A model generated the notes under the pieces. It searched no databases and was not told where the DNA came from. It saw only the letters and a list, made by a program, of their open reading frames with translations. Below, piece by piece: positions 37,601-52,000 of a DNA stretch of 64,000 nucleotides. This stretch comes from Catajapyx aquilonaris (Eukaryota). Where the stretch lies: the NCBI GenBank assembly GCA_000934665.2, contig KZ538311.1, positions 1 through 64,000 of the forward strand. Reading direction: 5' to 3'. The translations under genes were made by a program, and so were the position numbers. Position 1 is the stretch's first letter. The number at the start of each line of letters is the position of its first letter.

Positions 37601-40600
37601 GTCTCATGCCATCCCAATGTCTGCAGCAATGTTTCAGTCCATATGTCATTTTCCTCCTGTAATTACTCATCACACTGAAACGTGAATAGTTGCATGAACT
37701 CTAGTAATGATGTGGATGGCAGATGTTCAAAACACATGAAAATTCTCTCAGCCCGATATGGTTAATGCAGCCTTTTCACGTTCCAATATGATCAATGGCA
37801 GTGCCCTCCGCATGTAGCCAAACGATACTGTCAACAATATATCACTTCCAGCCACACAAGCTCTGCAAAACTCCGCGGAAATACCAACCAAACACACCCC
37901 CCACCGTCCTTCAGCATTATGCCACACTTTCACTGCAAATCCCCACTCGTTAGTTCTGCTCATTTCATGCCCCTGAACGTTATGGGCTAACCCTATACCT
38001 CCCCAATTCATCCATCCTCACCCGTTTCATCTGGCCCACACGCCCACTGCCCAAGCCAGGCCAAAAAAAAGGCAATTTGTTCACCCTAGCAACCAGTTTA
38101 AAAGAGTCCGTTCGGTCATGACAAGTGGCGCACACCTTGCAAAACATGGCTTGAAACATCAATAACTTTGCTCGTGATATGACGCAATACATGGCCACAG
38201 GTGAGAAATACCCGTTTCATCCGCGAGTCCGAGAGAAAGAGAAAGCCTCCAGCATCCTGATTCGGTTGCCTTTATTTTATTTTTTTATGTTTTCGCGAAA
38301 CTATACCAACAGATGCAGGATTCCCTTTTGTCAGATGGAAGGGGGGGAACACACTCTCACTTTTCTTTTTCGCAGTGTAACGGAAGGTGCCTAGTCGAAG
38401 GACGTCGGCTGCACGATTACCGAACACCCCCAAACAAGATGATGATGACGGCTACTGCCTTTTCATTCCAGGCGATTTAAAAATGACAAACTCGCGTCGG
38501 GGGCCCTCCAAGCATGCCATTGTTTTCTCCCTAGATAAATTGAGCCGACCATTATCTACACCACATAATAGGGGGTGTCAGATATCGACTGGAATGTTTA
38601 CATTTGAAAAACCGCTCCAAAAAAAAGAAGTTATCAGAAGCAAGAAATATTGGTTTTGCATTATCTTCTGAAATTCAGAATGATCAGTCTATTATTCTAG
38701 AAACTCTGCAGTGTACAACCCATGCTAAATAAATAGCTTACAAAATATTGCCTTATTGCTCCCCTTTGTTTCAGACACTAATCATTATTTTGACCTACCT
38801 GCAAAGTTGCACCTATTGCACTTGCAATAAATGTAATTTCTATTGGAAAGTGAACAGCCGTTTATGGCTTATGGACCCGGAACCTTTGCGGCCACCCTCC
38901 AATACTTTCGACTTCCCCATGTAGAGCGAAGGCTGTTCCGAACAATTAGTGGACCGAAAAGTCGCCGTATGCTCTTCATATCGATAATAGGGCGGCGGCA
39001 TTGCCCTTGAAAGTTAGGATACCAAACATCAAAACCGTACAGTTGTAGTCACCTGCTTTATAGAGTATGACGAGAGAGGACGTCATCTTGGTCATTCCAG
39101 GAAGCACATCTGAAGGTGAGACCTGTGCGTGCCATTAATTGTGGCATAAATATAAAAAAAACCACACACAAGAGAATCCTCTCAAGGACCACTGCCAACT
39201 TTCATAATGTCGTTGGGACACCGTGAGGTCAAAGGCCACCAAGGTCGTCTCTCTTCAGGCACACGCGCTAATTACATGTCGAGGTGTTGCACAACAGTGA
39301 TTCGAGTATTAACCTGGCCAAACTTGTCCCCCTGTGTAATATCCTGTTCCGCCCATTTGAGATGTAGAGCCCCGCCCTGTCGAGATCCCCAGCTCCAAAA
39401 CGCACATCTTGACCTCTGATCAGTGGTGAATGTCGCTGACCCACATTCACCTACCTACCCGCCAGCGTGAAGGGGAGATCTCGAAAGAGAAAACAACTGC
39501 ATCCATTGAATTCATTCCGATTGACACCCCCCCTCGGGTCACTCCCTGCCATCGACAATTTATTGCGGTTGCCATCTTGGAATAATTAGCAATTATTTGA
39601 GGCACATTCGCGTGTACATATTGCGGTGACCTACCGCTACGAGTAATGTTTTGATACGTCAAGGTAACGACCTCATTGCTCAGGTTTCGCGTGCCAAATT
39701 GCACTCATTCCCATGTGGTCAGCTCGACTATTAAATATCAGAATTATACATATTATTGCTGCAATGTGGAGTTAGCATAATAGTATTTGCTATCGGAGGG
39801 CGTTTTCCGGTAGTAAATCTATAAGCGGTCAAGGTAGTTCACCTATTTTTGTTAGAAGGTTACAAAAGTCAGGTCACATTTCTTACACTTACTGATGACG
39901 ATGATAACTCACAAAAGGTCACATATCGGACCTAATATTATCATGGCCTGCTACTGAAAATGTGCAAGACATTTTGTGCCTCGTATGTTGTTTTTCTTGC
40001 TCGTAAGAAATGGCATGAACCAATACACGTCCTAATCATCCACACGACCAGTAGCAAGACCTTAACCACGGTTTTCTTGGCGAGAATTGACACCCAAGCA
40101 TGCGTTTAACACTCCCTCGACACACCGCACCCAATAGACCTTAAAGCCCTAATTTCCCATCATTCCTTCTCATTCCCAATTCTTTCATTCCGCAAGCAAG
40201 TAGAAAGTGGTACAGACGGTCAATTTCCTTACCCCCTTCCCTGCCCCCCCCCCTCTAAAAGTGCTTACCATTGCAACAACCACACCCTGAGGGCCCGCCA
40301 TGGAAATCTGAGCCGGCAAAAGACATTGCAAAAAACACACAAGGGGAGCTGCATGGGTGCTGTATATACACACCGAGATGCCTTTTTTATATATTTCCAC
40401 TCCAAAAAGACGTAACGGTAAGAACTCCTGGAAAGTTTGGGAAGAGCAGAGCCGATGCTGCCGAGTACCTACCGGGTTACGGTCATTGAGCATAACTTTC
40501 TTGATGCCTTTTTATTGCTGTGGCTCCCAGAGTTTTCTTTCGGACCGCAGCAAAAGGCCGTAATGAGCAGAGCTAATCAATTTCACCCTGATGATAATAT

Positions 40601-41605
40601 CAGATGCTCAACTAAGAAAGAGCCAGTCTTTCTTGAGGAAAAAAAAACAAACTTAATAGCAATGCACTGGTGAATTCAAGAAACTACTCGATTAACCAAT
40701 GATTATTTCAACATTATCTGAAAGTGATTTTCTTCTAAAAATATGGCATCGTATCTGGGATATTCCATGAAATTTTATTAGAAATATGACTCAACAATAA
40801 TAACATTTTCGAATGCAGTAGCCTACACCGGAGTCAACAATATATTCTAGACAAAATGCGTATTATTGGTAAAATTTATTTGCATTGTAGGCTACAATGT
40901 ACGAGTAGAGTTTTTGCATAAGTATATTTTGTCTCTTCTGATACATGGGCAGGCGTATAAGAGTACTGCTCAATTATTATGAATCGTCTGATGCAATGGG
41001 ATCTCTATATGCTGTCATTATACATTGTTGTATTGTTGTGACATAAATAACAGGCCGCAGGTCCGCCCAAATGCTTCAAAAATGGAGTGATGCACTTTCT
41101 CAGCCCGAATACTCTCCCAGAAGCATAATCTGTGGTGCTCATTCGTTTCACTTTTACTGGATCATCTTCCTGGCCTGGAGGCACATACATTCGAGAGTGA
41201 AATTTTCGGGCATGAATCCTCCCTTTTGTATACAATTTCGCATTCAAGTACTTGCCTTCCTGCTTTGGCAGACTCTAAATAAGAGCAAAAAAATGATGCT
41301 TGGCTATGTCTCAAAGAAAAACGGTTCCGGGTGTGTGAGAAGTCCGCAATAAAAATGCAAAAATCAGTCGACTTGAATGCGCGAATCTGACCCGATCTCC
41401 AGGAGGAATCGGTATCGCCAAGAAGGTCAGGCTACGGATCAAGTTCGCATAGACACTGATGACTGAGTTGGGCAGCTAACCGTGGAAGCGAAAAGCAAAC
41501 TGAGAGCTAAGAGGGTCCAAAGCCAGGAATGGAGCTGAGTATAGTGGCAAGAGTAGCACACCTTATCGAGGTTACAACGCGAAAGGAAAAGGCCAGACTG
41601 CCGCT

Positions 41606-41642
41606 TATAAAAGGTGTGCCTTTGCGCGTAGGCTGCTCAGTT
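41606..41642 (+). promoter_or_regulatory. TATA box plus arthropod initiator of the second ChtBD2 gene
   Basis: TATAAAA at 41606-41612 and TCAGTT at 41637-41642; non-coding exon to donor G|GTGAGT at ~41821; acceptor at 42743 just before the ATG. Confidence 0.7.
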
Positions 41643-42745
41643 GGATAATTTCCCTCGGGAGGAAGGTGAGAGGGGTCCTTACATATACGACATATTAGTT
41701 TTAGAAACAACAATACCTGCTGCCAGCCCTAAGAGGTGGGTGCCGCCTGTGGAGGATTGTTTGTGCGCCGGTGTGATTACACGGGATTGTTTTTGTGCCA
41801 CTTTGGATACTAGACTGTAGGGTGAGTCACAACATACTGCAATCTCTGATGTTAATATATTTTTAAAATAATACAGCTAAATTGTAATGTAGCATATGAG
41901 AAAACAGTATGTGGGGCTGGAGGCATTTGGGGGTAAATTATTTGATTTGCGCTAAAATATGCAGGGTAACTTGTACACTTTACTACATAAGCATGAACGC
42001 ATTTGTATCGTCATCATTTATTATTTGACCCAAACCAATGCTTATACATGAACAGTACTGCATATTTCATGCATATCGACGTCTTTCGGACTAGCCACCG
42101 CATACAGGGAAAACCTGTCACTCTTCTGTCTTCCTATATAAATTATTCAAATGCCATTCAACTCCATTCAATGCAATGATATTCGAACATCTACTGTACT
42201 ACAACTTATAGTGCGACTAAACATTTATAGCAGAGTCATTGTATAACAATTTCGTGGCGGTTGAATAATTTCGGCTTTGACTGCTGCCCATTAATGGATT
42301 CCAAATGGACCAATTATTATGTACGCTGAAGGTTTGAGTGATTTCTCTCTCGGTTACGACACTATGCAAAAATTAGGTTATTCGTGCGAAACAAATCCAT
42401 TTCTCCCTGAGTGATTAATGCTGATTGGTTCGACACTTTCACATGCTAATTTTTTTTACTTTAATTTTTTTCTATACTCCGACCATGTAAAAATATTGCG
42501 GTCCTTCGACAGAAGGATAATCCGCATAAGAAATTAGCCATCAACTTCCGTGCAACACCACTCGTGTGAAACAAGGGGGAAAACTGAACTTTTTCTTTAT
42601 GTCCACGGAAAAAAATCCGCTCACGAGACATTGTCCTTGATAAACCGCTTTTTCCCTTGGAGCTGCAATCGCACCCATGTAGGTCAAGGTGAAGATAAGC
42701 AATATTGTTGCTGCCGGACACAATTTTCATTTTTCTTTTACAGCA

Positions 42746-45700
42746 ATGTCGTGCGCACCTTTCGTACTTCTGGCGATGGCCCTAGTGGTAGCGGTTGATG
42801 CCAACAGAGTACCAAGACAGGCTTTCCCGCAGTTCCCACCGTTTCCGGGTCCTCGTGCCCAACAAGGAAGACAACAGCAGTACCGTCAAGCACCGCAGAT
42901 AGACTTCAGGCCGTCCCAGCCTATTCCTGCCAGACCAGGACAAGTGTTTGACATCGCCACGTTCCAGCTGGACGACTTCCCGGATGAGGAAGACCAAGGT
43001 TTTGTCCAGCAGTTCAACCCAGCACCATCTCCGTCACCCACGCCTGCACCTCCACCACCTCGTGTCAGGACAGGGACCAGGAGACCCAAGCCTCGACCTG
43101 CCCAGGCACAATTCGCAGATGCTCAGACGGACTATCAGTTGCCTGCCATTCGTGTGCCTGTGTCTCAGAGGCCTGGTCCCAGGCCGGCTGCAAGCATCAG
43201 GGTATGGCTGCATTGTTATTTTTCTCTGTTAATTTGAGGGCATTTTTTGACATGGATTATGAATGTGAGGTCAGGTGAGCATGAGAGAATCGCACGCTCG
43301 TTGCGAAAAAAAAATTCTGGTATGTGCGAATTGCAATGGGAATTTGTAGGACGTTGTAGCTATCACGTTTGCCTGAGGGTCAGCGATCAGCTGTGTGTCA
43401 AGGTGAAAATTTATTATCATTAGTGTTGTACTTCTGCATCAACTTTTTTCTACAATTATTCTGTAAGAGTGTAAGGAATGTTGATTACAAAACCACAACA
43501 AAGTATAGGCTACACTATATAATCAATTTAATTGAATCACCAATTTGTCAGTGAACTTATTATCCGGCTGAGTCGATTAGCCCAGATGAGTAGTACAGCT
43601 CTATTATAGTCTGGCATTTATAAATCCTACGCAAATACCATTTTGCACCATGGATACTCTGTAACGCATACCTGCGAATTACACTGTATGGCAGAGAAAC
43701 AAAATGAACGAATTACAACAAACCGGTGTACTATATATTCACGCAAATCTACTTGAGCTATTGTGAATAATAACTGATTAAATTCAATGTGATGATGCTT
43801 TTGCAAACGTCGCACTCATGTTCCATTATTCGTATGATATGCTCAGAAATTACACAAGAGTTTTTTTTTGCAATGCATACTGTGCAATTTCTGAGCATAC
43901 GGATAATGGAACAGGAGTGCTACGTTTGCAAAAGCATAACCAGATTGAATTTAATCACTTATTATTCACCATAGTTCAGGCAGATTTGCGTGATTGTATA
44001 GTACACCCCTTGGTATCGTAATTACACAGTGATTGACCAGCATGGTCAATATACGGTTCAGGGACAATATTTGCATAACACCTTCGAAGGCGCGGTGCAC
44101 GAGCTGCAGTAAAAGTGCATCACGCATTCAGTTTTCTATCAGTGAAATTTGTCCTACATTCAAATTTTTGCTGGTGGAAGCAACCTATTTCAATATAGTT
44201 CCAAGGCCGTGCCACATATAAAAAATGCAATTAGATTCAATGTCACCCGCAGCCGAAACTGCAAGAAAAATGTCAAATTAACCTAAATATCATACCCTTT
44301 TGTTGACAGGCAGCACGCAATTTGATAAAGGGGCACTGTATTTCTTTCACAGAAGAGTAATTTTTGGAGTTGGCGACTCGTTCATTACAGGTGCGGAGGC
44401 TTGTTAGAAAGCGTGACAAACTTTCCTTCGACTATACAACCTACATAGCATATGATTCCAAGTTGAGGGTGAAGGGAAGAAGCAATAATGTATCGGCAGT
44501 TTATCACGCCTTCTTTTATTTTTTTCCCTGAAATCTTCTATTTTCAACAAGAAACCGACCCCCAAAGCACACAGGAAGCTGTTATAGTAAGCGTAACCGT
44601 GACAGAAAATTCTCAAAGCAGGTAGACCGAGTTCTGCGAAAATTGAAAAGTATACAAGAGGTGAAAGTGCTGGATGCGTAATTGGAATAGCCCATTGCGA
44701 CACAAAAATGTGGTTATAAGGAAGGAATTTCTGAGCATTGGTCCAGACGGGTGCAGATAATCCGTAACAGCCCCCCTTACAATCTTTTCCGCAATGGGAG
44801 GAAAATCCAGAAGAACTAGTTTTACGATTGTCCCCACAGCACTTCCTGAAAATTGCTATTGTATAACAGTTGACAGTAGTTCCTATATAGTGAGATATTA
44901 ATCGAGTGAGGGCCAACTCATTGGAGTTCAATTAGGTTACCTGAAATCAATTCCGATTCCGCAACGCCCCTGGGAAGTATATCTGACCAGCATCCTTTCT
45001 CCTTGTCCCACAAAACCTGCTTGTTTTGACCCACCTTAAATCGGCCCCCACTTTCAGTTTCTCCTGGGAATATCTATTTACGCTGACCTCTTATTCCACC
45101 GTAGGGGAACAGCCTGTCAAAAGGAAATAAGCAAGAGCTGGACGAGGAGGAGCTGGAGGAGGAGAAGCCGGACAGACTGACCATTCTCCTTCAGGAATCG
45201 GACTTTACCTGCTCCAACAAGAAGGACGGGTACTACGCTGACGAGAAGCTCAGCTGCGAAGTGTTTCATTACTGCCAGGACAACGGGAAGCACTCGTGGA
45301 TATGCCCCAATGGATTCACCTTCCACCAGGTGCACCTGATCTGCATGCCCCCATCCAATGACAACATCTGCACCAAGTCTTCAGACTTCCACTTTGTCAA
45401 CGACTTCTTGTACAGACCGATTGAACTGGATGAGCGAAATGGAACCCTCAGATATGCTGACAGGTAATACTTGCGACAAATTGAAATGGAATTTGCAAAC
45501 TTTGAGACACTATTGAAGGACCCCACATATTTTGCACTATTCAGATAATTTAAATACATTTGATAAACACGGATGATATCAATGTTTTTTTGTAAATGCG
45601 TGCTATAAGTTGAATGAATCGTTATATAGATTGTTCACTCTATAATCCATTGAAAACAACAATCAGACGAGCAGTGTTTCTGGAGTGAACAATCCGAAAC

Positions 45701-46080
45701 TTCTTGGCCCTTGAATCCGATATTTGATGCTTGTCCATTGATATACATGACTAACTGACATCTGTTTTGATCGCAGGTACTTTCCGGACGACTATGTCCC
45801 AGGTGTCCCGTTCACTGACCATCCCCAAGGAGCACCCGCACCAGCACCTGCTGCACCGGCAACGAGGGTCTACGCACAGCAAGCCTATCGTGACGACATA
45901 GCCATTCCAGTGATCAGGGGCCGTCCAGCAGGTCGTGCCAATGGAGCTGTGTACAGGGCTCAGCAGGTCAGGGCCCAACTGCAACAACGTCAACAGCAAC
46001 AGGCACAACAACAACAGCAGCAACAACAAGCTCAGCAGGCCGACGAAGAGTACGACGACGATGCTTATTTCCGAGGGTAA
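42746..46080 (+). CDS. Secreted single-ChtBD2 cuticular protein (CPAP1-like), ~372 aa
   Basis: Exons 42746-43201 (signal peptide MSCAPFVLLAMALVVAVDA, P/Q/R-rich), 45105-45463 (FTCSNKKDGYYADEKLSCEVFHYC...WICPNGFTFHQVHLICMPPSNDNIC), 45777-46080 (polyQ, ends YFRG*). Phases 0 and 2 match; AATAAA at 46322. Confidence 0.92.
43711..44023. repeat. Degenerate palindrome (~130-bp arms, ~25-nt loop); probable old MITE
   Basis: GGTGTACTATAT...GCTTTTGCAAACGT...ATGCTCAGAAATT is mirrored by AATTTCTGAGCAT...ACGTTTGCAAAAGC...ATAGTACACC. Confidence 0.85.
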
Positions 46081-49000
46081 TAAGTTATTTTGAGTGCAAT
46101 GGACTAAGTAAACACTATAGAACCATCATGTGAGTGAGTGTGAAAATGTTATCTGTCAGTGTCATTCTTTTTCTGTCCTTCTCAAGTACGTATGGTGACA
46201 TCCAATAGCGCCAAACAGAACATGTGTATGTTACCAAAATAATTGTTATTATTGGACCGCCTCCTGCAAAGCTACGTTTTGGTCATTGTATTGGTGCATG
46301 ACTATTGTAGTGTTTTAAAACAATAAACTTAACTGTTAATGATTACTGTGACTGTTATTGTATAATTATTCCGCAATGGTTGTTGCACATGATGATCGGT
46401 TTAAGTATGGTACGGAAGTTGGTGTCAGCAGACCTTACTGGTAAGCCTAATACGCTCCACTATCCATATAATTATGACTTTCCCAAGTAGGGTATTTCAC
46501 TGGCCACTGGGTAGTCCCCCCCCCCCACCCCAAGAAAAAAAGAACCAACTACACTGTACTCCGGATTATCCGTGCATTGCCAAAAAATAAAATTAAAGAT
46601 AAAGATCCGAAAAAATGACACTATGTCTCACAAACTAATAAATATACCGTCCGTAATGGCATACATTTTCCAGAAGACAACCATACAAATCTCTATATGA
46701 TAAGTTTTATTACTTTCATTAAACCTTATTTAGGAGCATGAAATAATATGCATAAGCCCTAGATCTCAATAGTTTTTGAGATGCGGGGGGTCAAAAGGTC
46801 AAAAATTGACCTCTTTAGCAGGCATTTGTCCGTTTGGGCCCATCCGGTTATACGACATAGGGACATAAAAGTGCTTCCGTGTATATAAACATATCCAGTT
46901 AATTAAAAACATGTCACGAGATGATAACGTCAGCAAGGACTATTCCCCCATTTCATATTAAATTATTTATAATATTAAGGGAGATATTTTATTCCAATCG
47001 TTCTTATGAACAATTACATGGGGGAAATGTGTTTTTAAATTATTTTTTTTCATTGGAAGTAATAGTCGGAAAAGCATAAGGAAAAACATGTCCCGGTATT
47101 ATCAGAGGTATACAGTATAGTTTACAAAAACAATTAACCAGGAAAATAATGTTTTCTTGATCCACCTGCAGGCGGCCATCTTGCTCCTTTCTTTTTCCCT
47201 CCGAAAGTGTGGCCAGACGCAGCGGTCCCTCCCTCGTTGCCAGATGCCCTCCTCGAAATGCCTGAATGTTTTGGTCTCTCACTCTCTGGGGGCTTGGAAG
47301 GGCAGTGCAGAGAGAGGGGAAGGAAAGAGGAAGGGGGAGAAAAAAAAAGAGCGGGGGATGCATGCAGTGCTAGTCGGTCTCCCTGGGCGCCAATCCGGCA
47401 AAGGCCAGCAGAGCCAGTGCCAAAGCGAGTCTCTCTCCCGATGATCCCTCGTGGTTCCTCGTAGTGTGCCTTGTTGTTGTGATTTTTTTTCGGACCAGGA
47501 TGCTGCTGCAGGTTGCTGGAGAGGTCTGCTGACCTCTGTGAGTATTTGCCTGGCCATTGGATTTAACGAGAAAAATGTGCTGCCGTCTTTGTGTGTGGCT
47601 GGTGCAGCCTTGGAGTTGCCCTTGATTCAGATGGTGCACTTGTGCAAGACGGATTTGCACCCTGGAGAGGAGTGGGTGGGGGATTTTTATTATGGTGTAC
47701 AGTGTGTGGCTGATGCAGAGGTGCAAAAGTGAGGGACTACCAACAGGTGAATTTATTGAATAAGTAGGCACAGTAATGTACAGGAAGGCAGTTACAAGAA
47801 GCCCATTTGTAAAGGCCAGTTGCATGAGGTTTAATGCTGCATAAAATCATAGATCGAGTGACTGTTGATCATAATATGGATTCACAACCTGTTGCGCCTA
47901 TTGGCAAACAGTAATTGTTTTGCCAACATTAATGCAGGTGCAACAGGTTGTGAATCCTGGTTTTAACATTGGAATTGCATTTGGAATTGGCTGTTGTCGT
48001 AGAAGCTGCCAAACATTATTCTGGCATCGTTTGCGTACACCGGTATGTGCAAGAATATCTTTACAGTACCGTGTGTTACCGAGCGAATGCATCACATGTG
48101 TAGCACGTACTTCAAGTAAATAGTTGGACGAGAATATCACCATGGTAGCGGATAGTTTCACAGCAACAGCATTTTTACATAACTTGTGCCCGTTTAAAAT
48201 TACCTGCGAGCCAGCCTTCAGCATTTAAAGCTAGATATTAATTGAACATGCCATTTCCGACCTTAAATTTTTGCAAGTCGTGGGAATCAGCCACGTTAGT
48301 CTAACAGTTAGCGTTCCGTTTCCTGGAAAAGAAGGCACTGGCCCAGTTACTATCTTCAGGCTTTACCTGATGCAATGTAACGTGCACCTTGAAGTTGGCA
48401 ATAAGGAAAATAACTGATGGAAGTTATGCTCTGACTGCAGACGAATAATTGTCATATGTTGAAAATATTAGTTTTCAAATCATGTCGGGTAATTGTACAT
48501 CATGGTTCACATGTTGGCCTTCTGACAATGATTCAAGCACATGCGTAGCCCAGTGCAGGAGCATGCCGCAGGTGGATAACCCCCTCGCAGTGTAAGTGCA
48601 TGTGATGGAATTTTCTGAGGTCTAAATTGCTATAATTAGATTGTAAAGTCACTTAAAAAGAGTTTACGACTAGTGTTCTGCAGTCTTGATTGCAGCGAGT
48701 GCAGAACATGCCAGGCACAACTTTTTTTTTTTTTGGTATCCACTTATCTGTAGCAAACAAACCGTCACATATATTACCCATAATGTTCTACCCTGCCACC
48801 CAATTGCTCTGCCATAATTCATTATCAGGCAGCCGTGTGAGTTATCACAGTTTTGCAGCATTATTTCACCTGCTGGAACTAAAGGTTTAAGGTAGGTTAA
48901 TATAATGCGGGGTTACTGCATTGAATTTCATATGCAATGTCACGCCATTTAAGCCGGTGTTGGTGTAACCTACATAATGTGCTGCGCTTAACCTACTTAC

Positions 49001-52000
49001 CATGCCGGCACTGTGTGGGGCATGTAGAGGAGTTCAGGAAATCCCAACACCGTACTCTAATGGAGCCAAACCAATTTAGCTCTTCCATGTTAAGTGTTGT
49101 AATTATAACATACACATTTGACGTTGCAGAATTTTTAAAAGCAAGCAGTACCTGCCCTAAATTTTCTGACCTGACTTCATTGCATATAGTTATGTCATTA
49201 ATTATCTAGTTACATGATGGCAATATAAAAATAGAGCAGCTTAAAGGTATCCTCTGAACCGCTCTGCAATTACGCACGTCATTGCGGTACTAGCTTAAGC
49301 AGCCATTAATCCAACTGCGACATTAGATAATCAGAATCAGATGCCTATTGCTTAATCATATATTCAGCACGTAGCCAGTGAATGAGCAACATGCAGTTCC
49401 TGTTCCGTTTAGTTATTTTCCTTCAATTGCAGGACATCCTTCTCGGTGTGATAGGGACCCACTATCAGAGTCCAGGAACCACCCGTTTACTTCCTGTAAG
49501 CAAGAAAATTGCCCAATTAATGGCCTGTGTACTGGATGGCAAGTGCTTGCAATGTCTGGGCCCCAGCCTATTTGGCCCCCCTAATATAATTTGAGAAGAA
49601 CCTTTTTTTCTCTTCCACAACCCAGACATTTTCTTTGCCTTTTTTTTCACCCTTTCGTTGTAAATGCCTCGAGTGGAATTATGGTGAAGGCCGATGCCCT
49701 TAATGCCATTTAGAGTTGCTTCAGCTGGACTTTCGCCAACCAGCTTCCTCTCTCTCCATGATGTAGTTGGGCGACAGATTTTGCGCCTCTTTTTTAAGGG
49801 TTTGCATTTCAACCTCTGAATTTGGAAAGGGACGCACCTTGCAACATGCCCAAGTGACCTTTTAGGTCGGACCTGTCCTTGTTCCACAACGTGACAATGG
49901 CACATTCTTGCACATGGGGCAACTCGGCTCATCCTTTTCAGACCCATCAGTGTATATATTGATACCCCAGCCACCAGGGACACAATGAATCAGAATGACA
50001 ATGCACTATATTGCATCTCAAGGTGCGGTGGGGGTCACTTTTTGCGACACTTGTATTTTTATCAAAAGAGGTTCGGGACCTCTGATGCGATTGGTACGTG
50101 GGGCTGGCCTTCAGCAAAAAAGAAAGCTCAAAAATATACGACCAGCGCGTGGCAATTCGCCATCGACCAAAACAGAACGTTGTTTACCACGTGCATTGAC
50201 TGTGAGGTAACTAACTCTGTGGTAAAAATATGCTTCCATGATTATCAACAACAATAAGTATGCAACATATATGCTTTTACTACAAGTGGTTTTTTTCCAA
50301 TTTTGTCCACAGCAAATGGTTTTGGATTACACGTTTCAACTGAATCAAAAATGCAGTGCTTATTACATTTTTTAATTTGTTGAAACGTGTAATGCAAAAC
50401 CATTTGCTCTGGACAAAATTGGAAAACCCACTTGTATAGTAAAAGCATATGCTGCAGCTTTGTTGTTGATTGTCATGGAAGCATTGTATATTTTTGTTGC
50501 ATATTTTACTGAAATTGGCGGACAAACTGCATCAGAAATGTCAATATTGCGTTAGCTGGGAAAATGTTTGGAGAAAAATAACCTCAGACGAATTTACAAG
50601 AAGTTATACAATCAAACCAGAGGCCATTTGTTGCTTCCATGCCTTTTGGTGGGTAAACCATTTATAATATTTCTTTCCCTTGAATCGGTATCTTGGACAC
50701 TGTACCACTCGGTATAACCCTGCCAGAGAGATCCACGGTGCAAAGTCCCAACGTCACATGCCAATCTAGTCACTTATGCAACGTTTCCTCACTTAACCCA
50801 CCAAAGTGGGCGAGGTGGCCATATAGGGCACCTATCTCTTGTAAAAGAAGAAGAGAAGAAAAAAAAAAGATTTGAAATTAGTGACACACCCTGCAGCACA
50901 GATGCCCGCCATCGTAAACATAGTGTATCTCGCAATATCCGGTTGCCGTCATCTCCAAAGGAACCTTCGAATCCGGAGTGAGCCTCGTTGCAAATGAGAT
51001 GCGTGTTTGTGTGACCTCCGCGAGCAGTTCCAAGAAGCACTCTCTCTCTCTCTTAAGTTCTAAAGCCTTTTATTACCCTTACTGCCTTTCTCAAGACTAT
51101 TCTACTGCCAAGATTTTTGTTCTGCGAAACATGGTTGTGCCAACCTTTTTTAAAAAAATGTTGCATGATGACAACGTCGCATATTGCAATTACTGTAGTT
51201 GGACAAATGGGTTTTGCGTTATTTCGGCCTTCAGTTCATCTGACCTATGCAGGACAATGCAGGGCTAAGAATTGGACGTCACTATTTAGATAAAGTACGC
51301 AGTAATGTGCATTTTACAATTGATGGCTCAAGTGGCCAAACAGTATTTCCTCTCTTCAGCACAATTTTTCGTTATATTTGTGGATCTTCATTCCCCCGTG
51401 TTATTATAATATTATTTGACTCCTCACAAGTGTGTTCATTGACCGAATAGCTAGTGCGCATCGTATTCTTACATAATGGTGGAAATGCAGGTGAATATAC
51501 GCATTAAAAACTTAACGGGACCTATATTCTGACATTGTTTATGCTCCATCAGTATTGCGCCCGTTATATATATATTTTTTATCGAAACAATCTCTAAGAA
51601 GAGGGAACAATGGCTGGAGGGAAAAAATTGGAGGACAACGGGTTTTTTTCTTAACGACTGATTCAATTGTGACCATGCGGAAGATATTACGCGTGTCCCA
51701 AAGGGTTGTGACAGGAAATAGCAAGTAGTGCAAGACATTTGCATAACTGTCAAGGTGCAGTTTGAATTGCAAACGCAATCGCCTTGACATTGAGGATTGA
51801 TTCGGTACTTCCCGTACTGTAAGCGTGCCCTGATAGGATTAGCCTCGATTGTCCACAAGTGTCTTTATATGTGATAAGCCCATGTTTTTATTTGTCATCT
51901 TTTTTTAAACGGGCTTATCAAGTTCAACAGCCCTAATTTTGTGGAGGGTGTGTTACGGACTTACCGCCGTTTTTTTATTTTTTTTTATTTGTGTGTAGGG

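Noticed and set aside
38979..38986. DRE motif TATCGATA suggesting a hidden promoter
   Set aside because: A single 8-mer with no supportable exon nearby.
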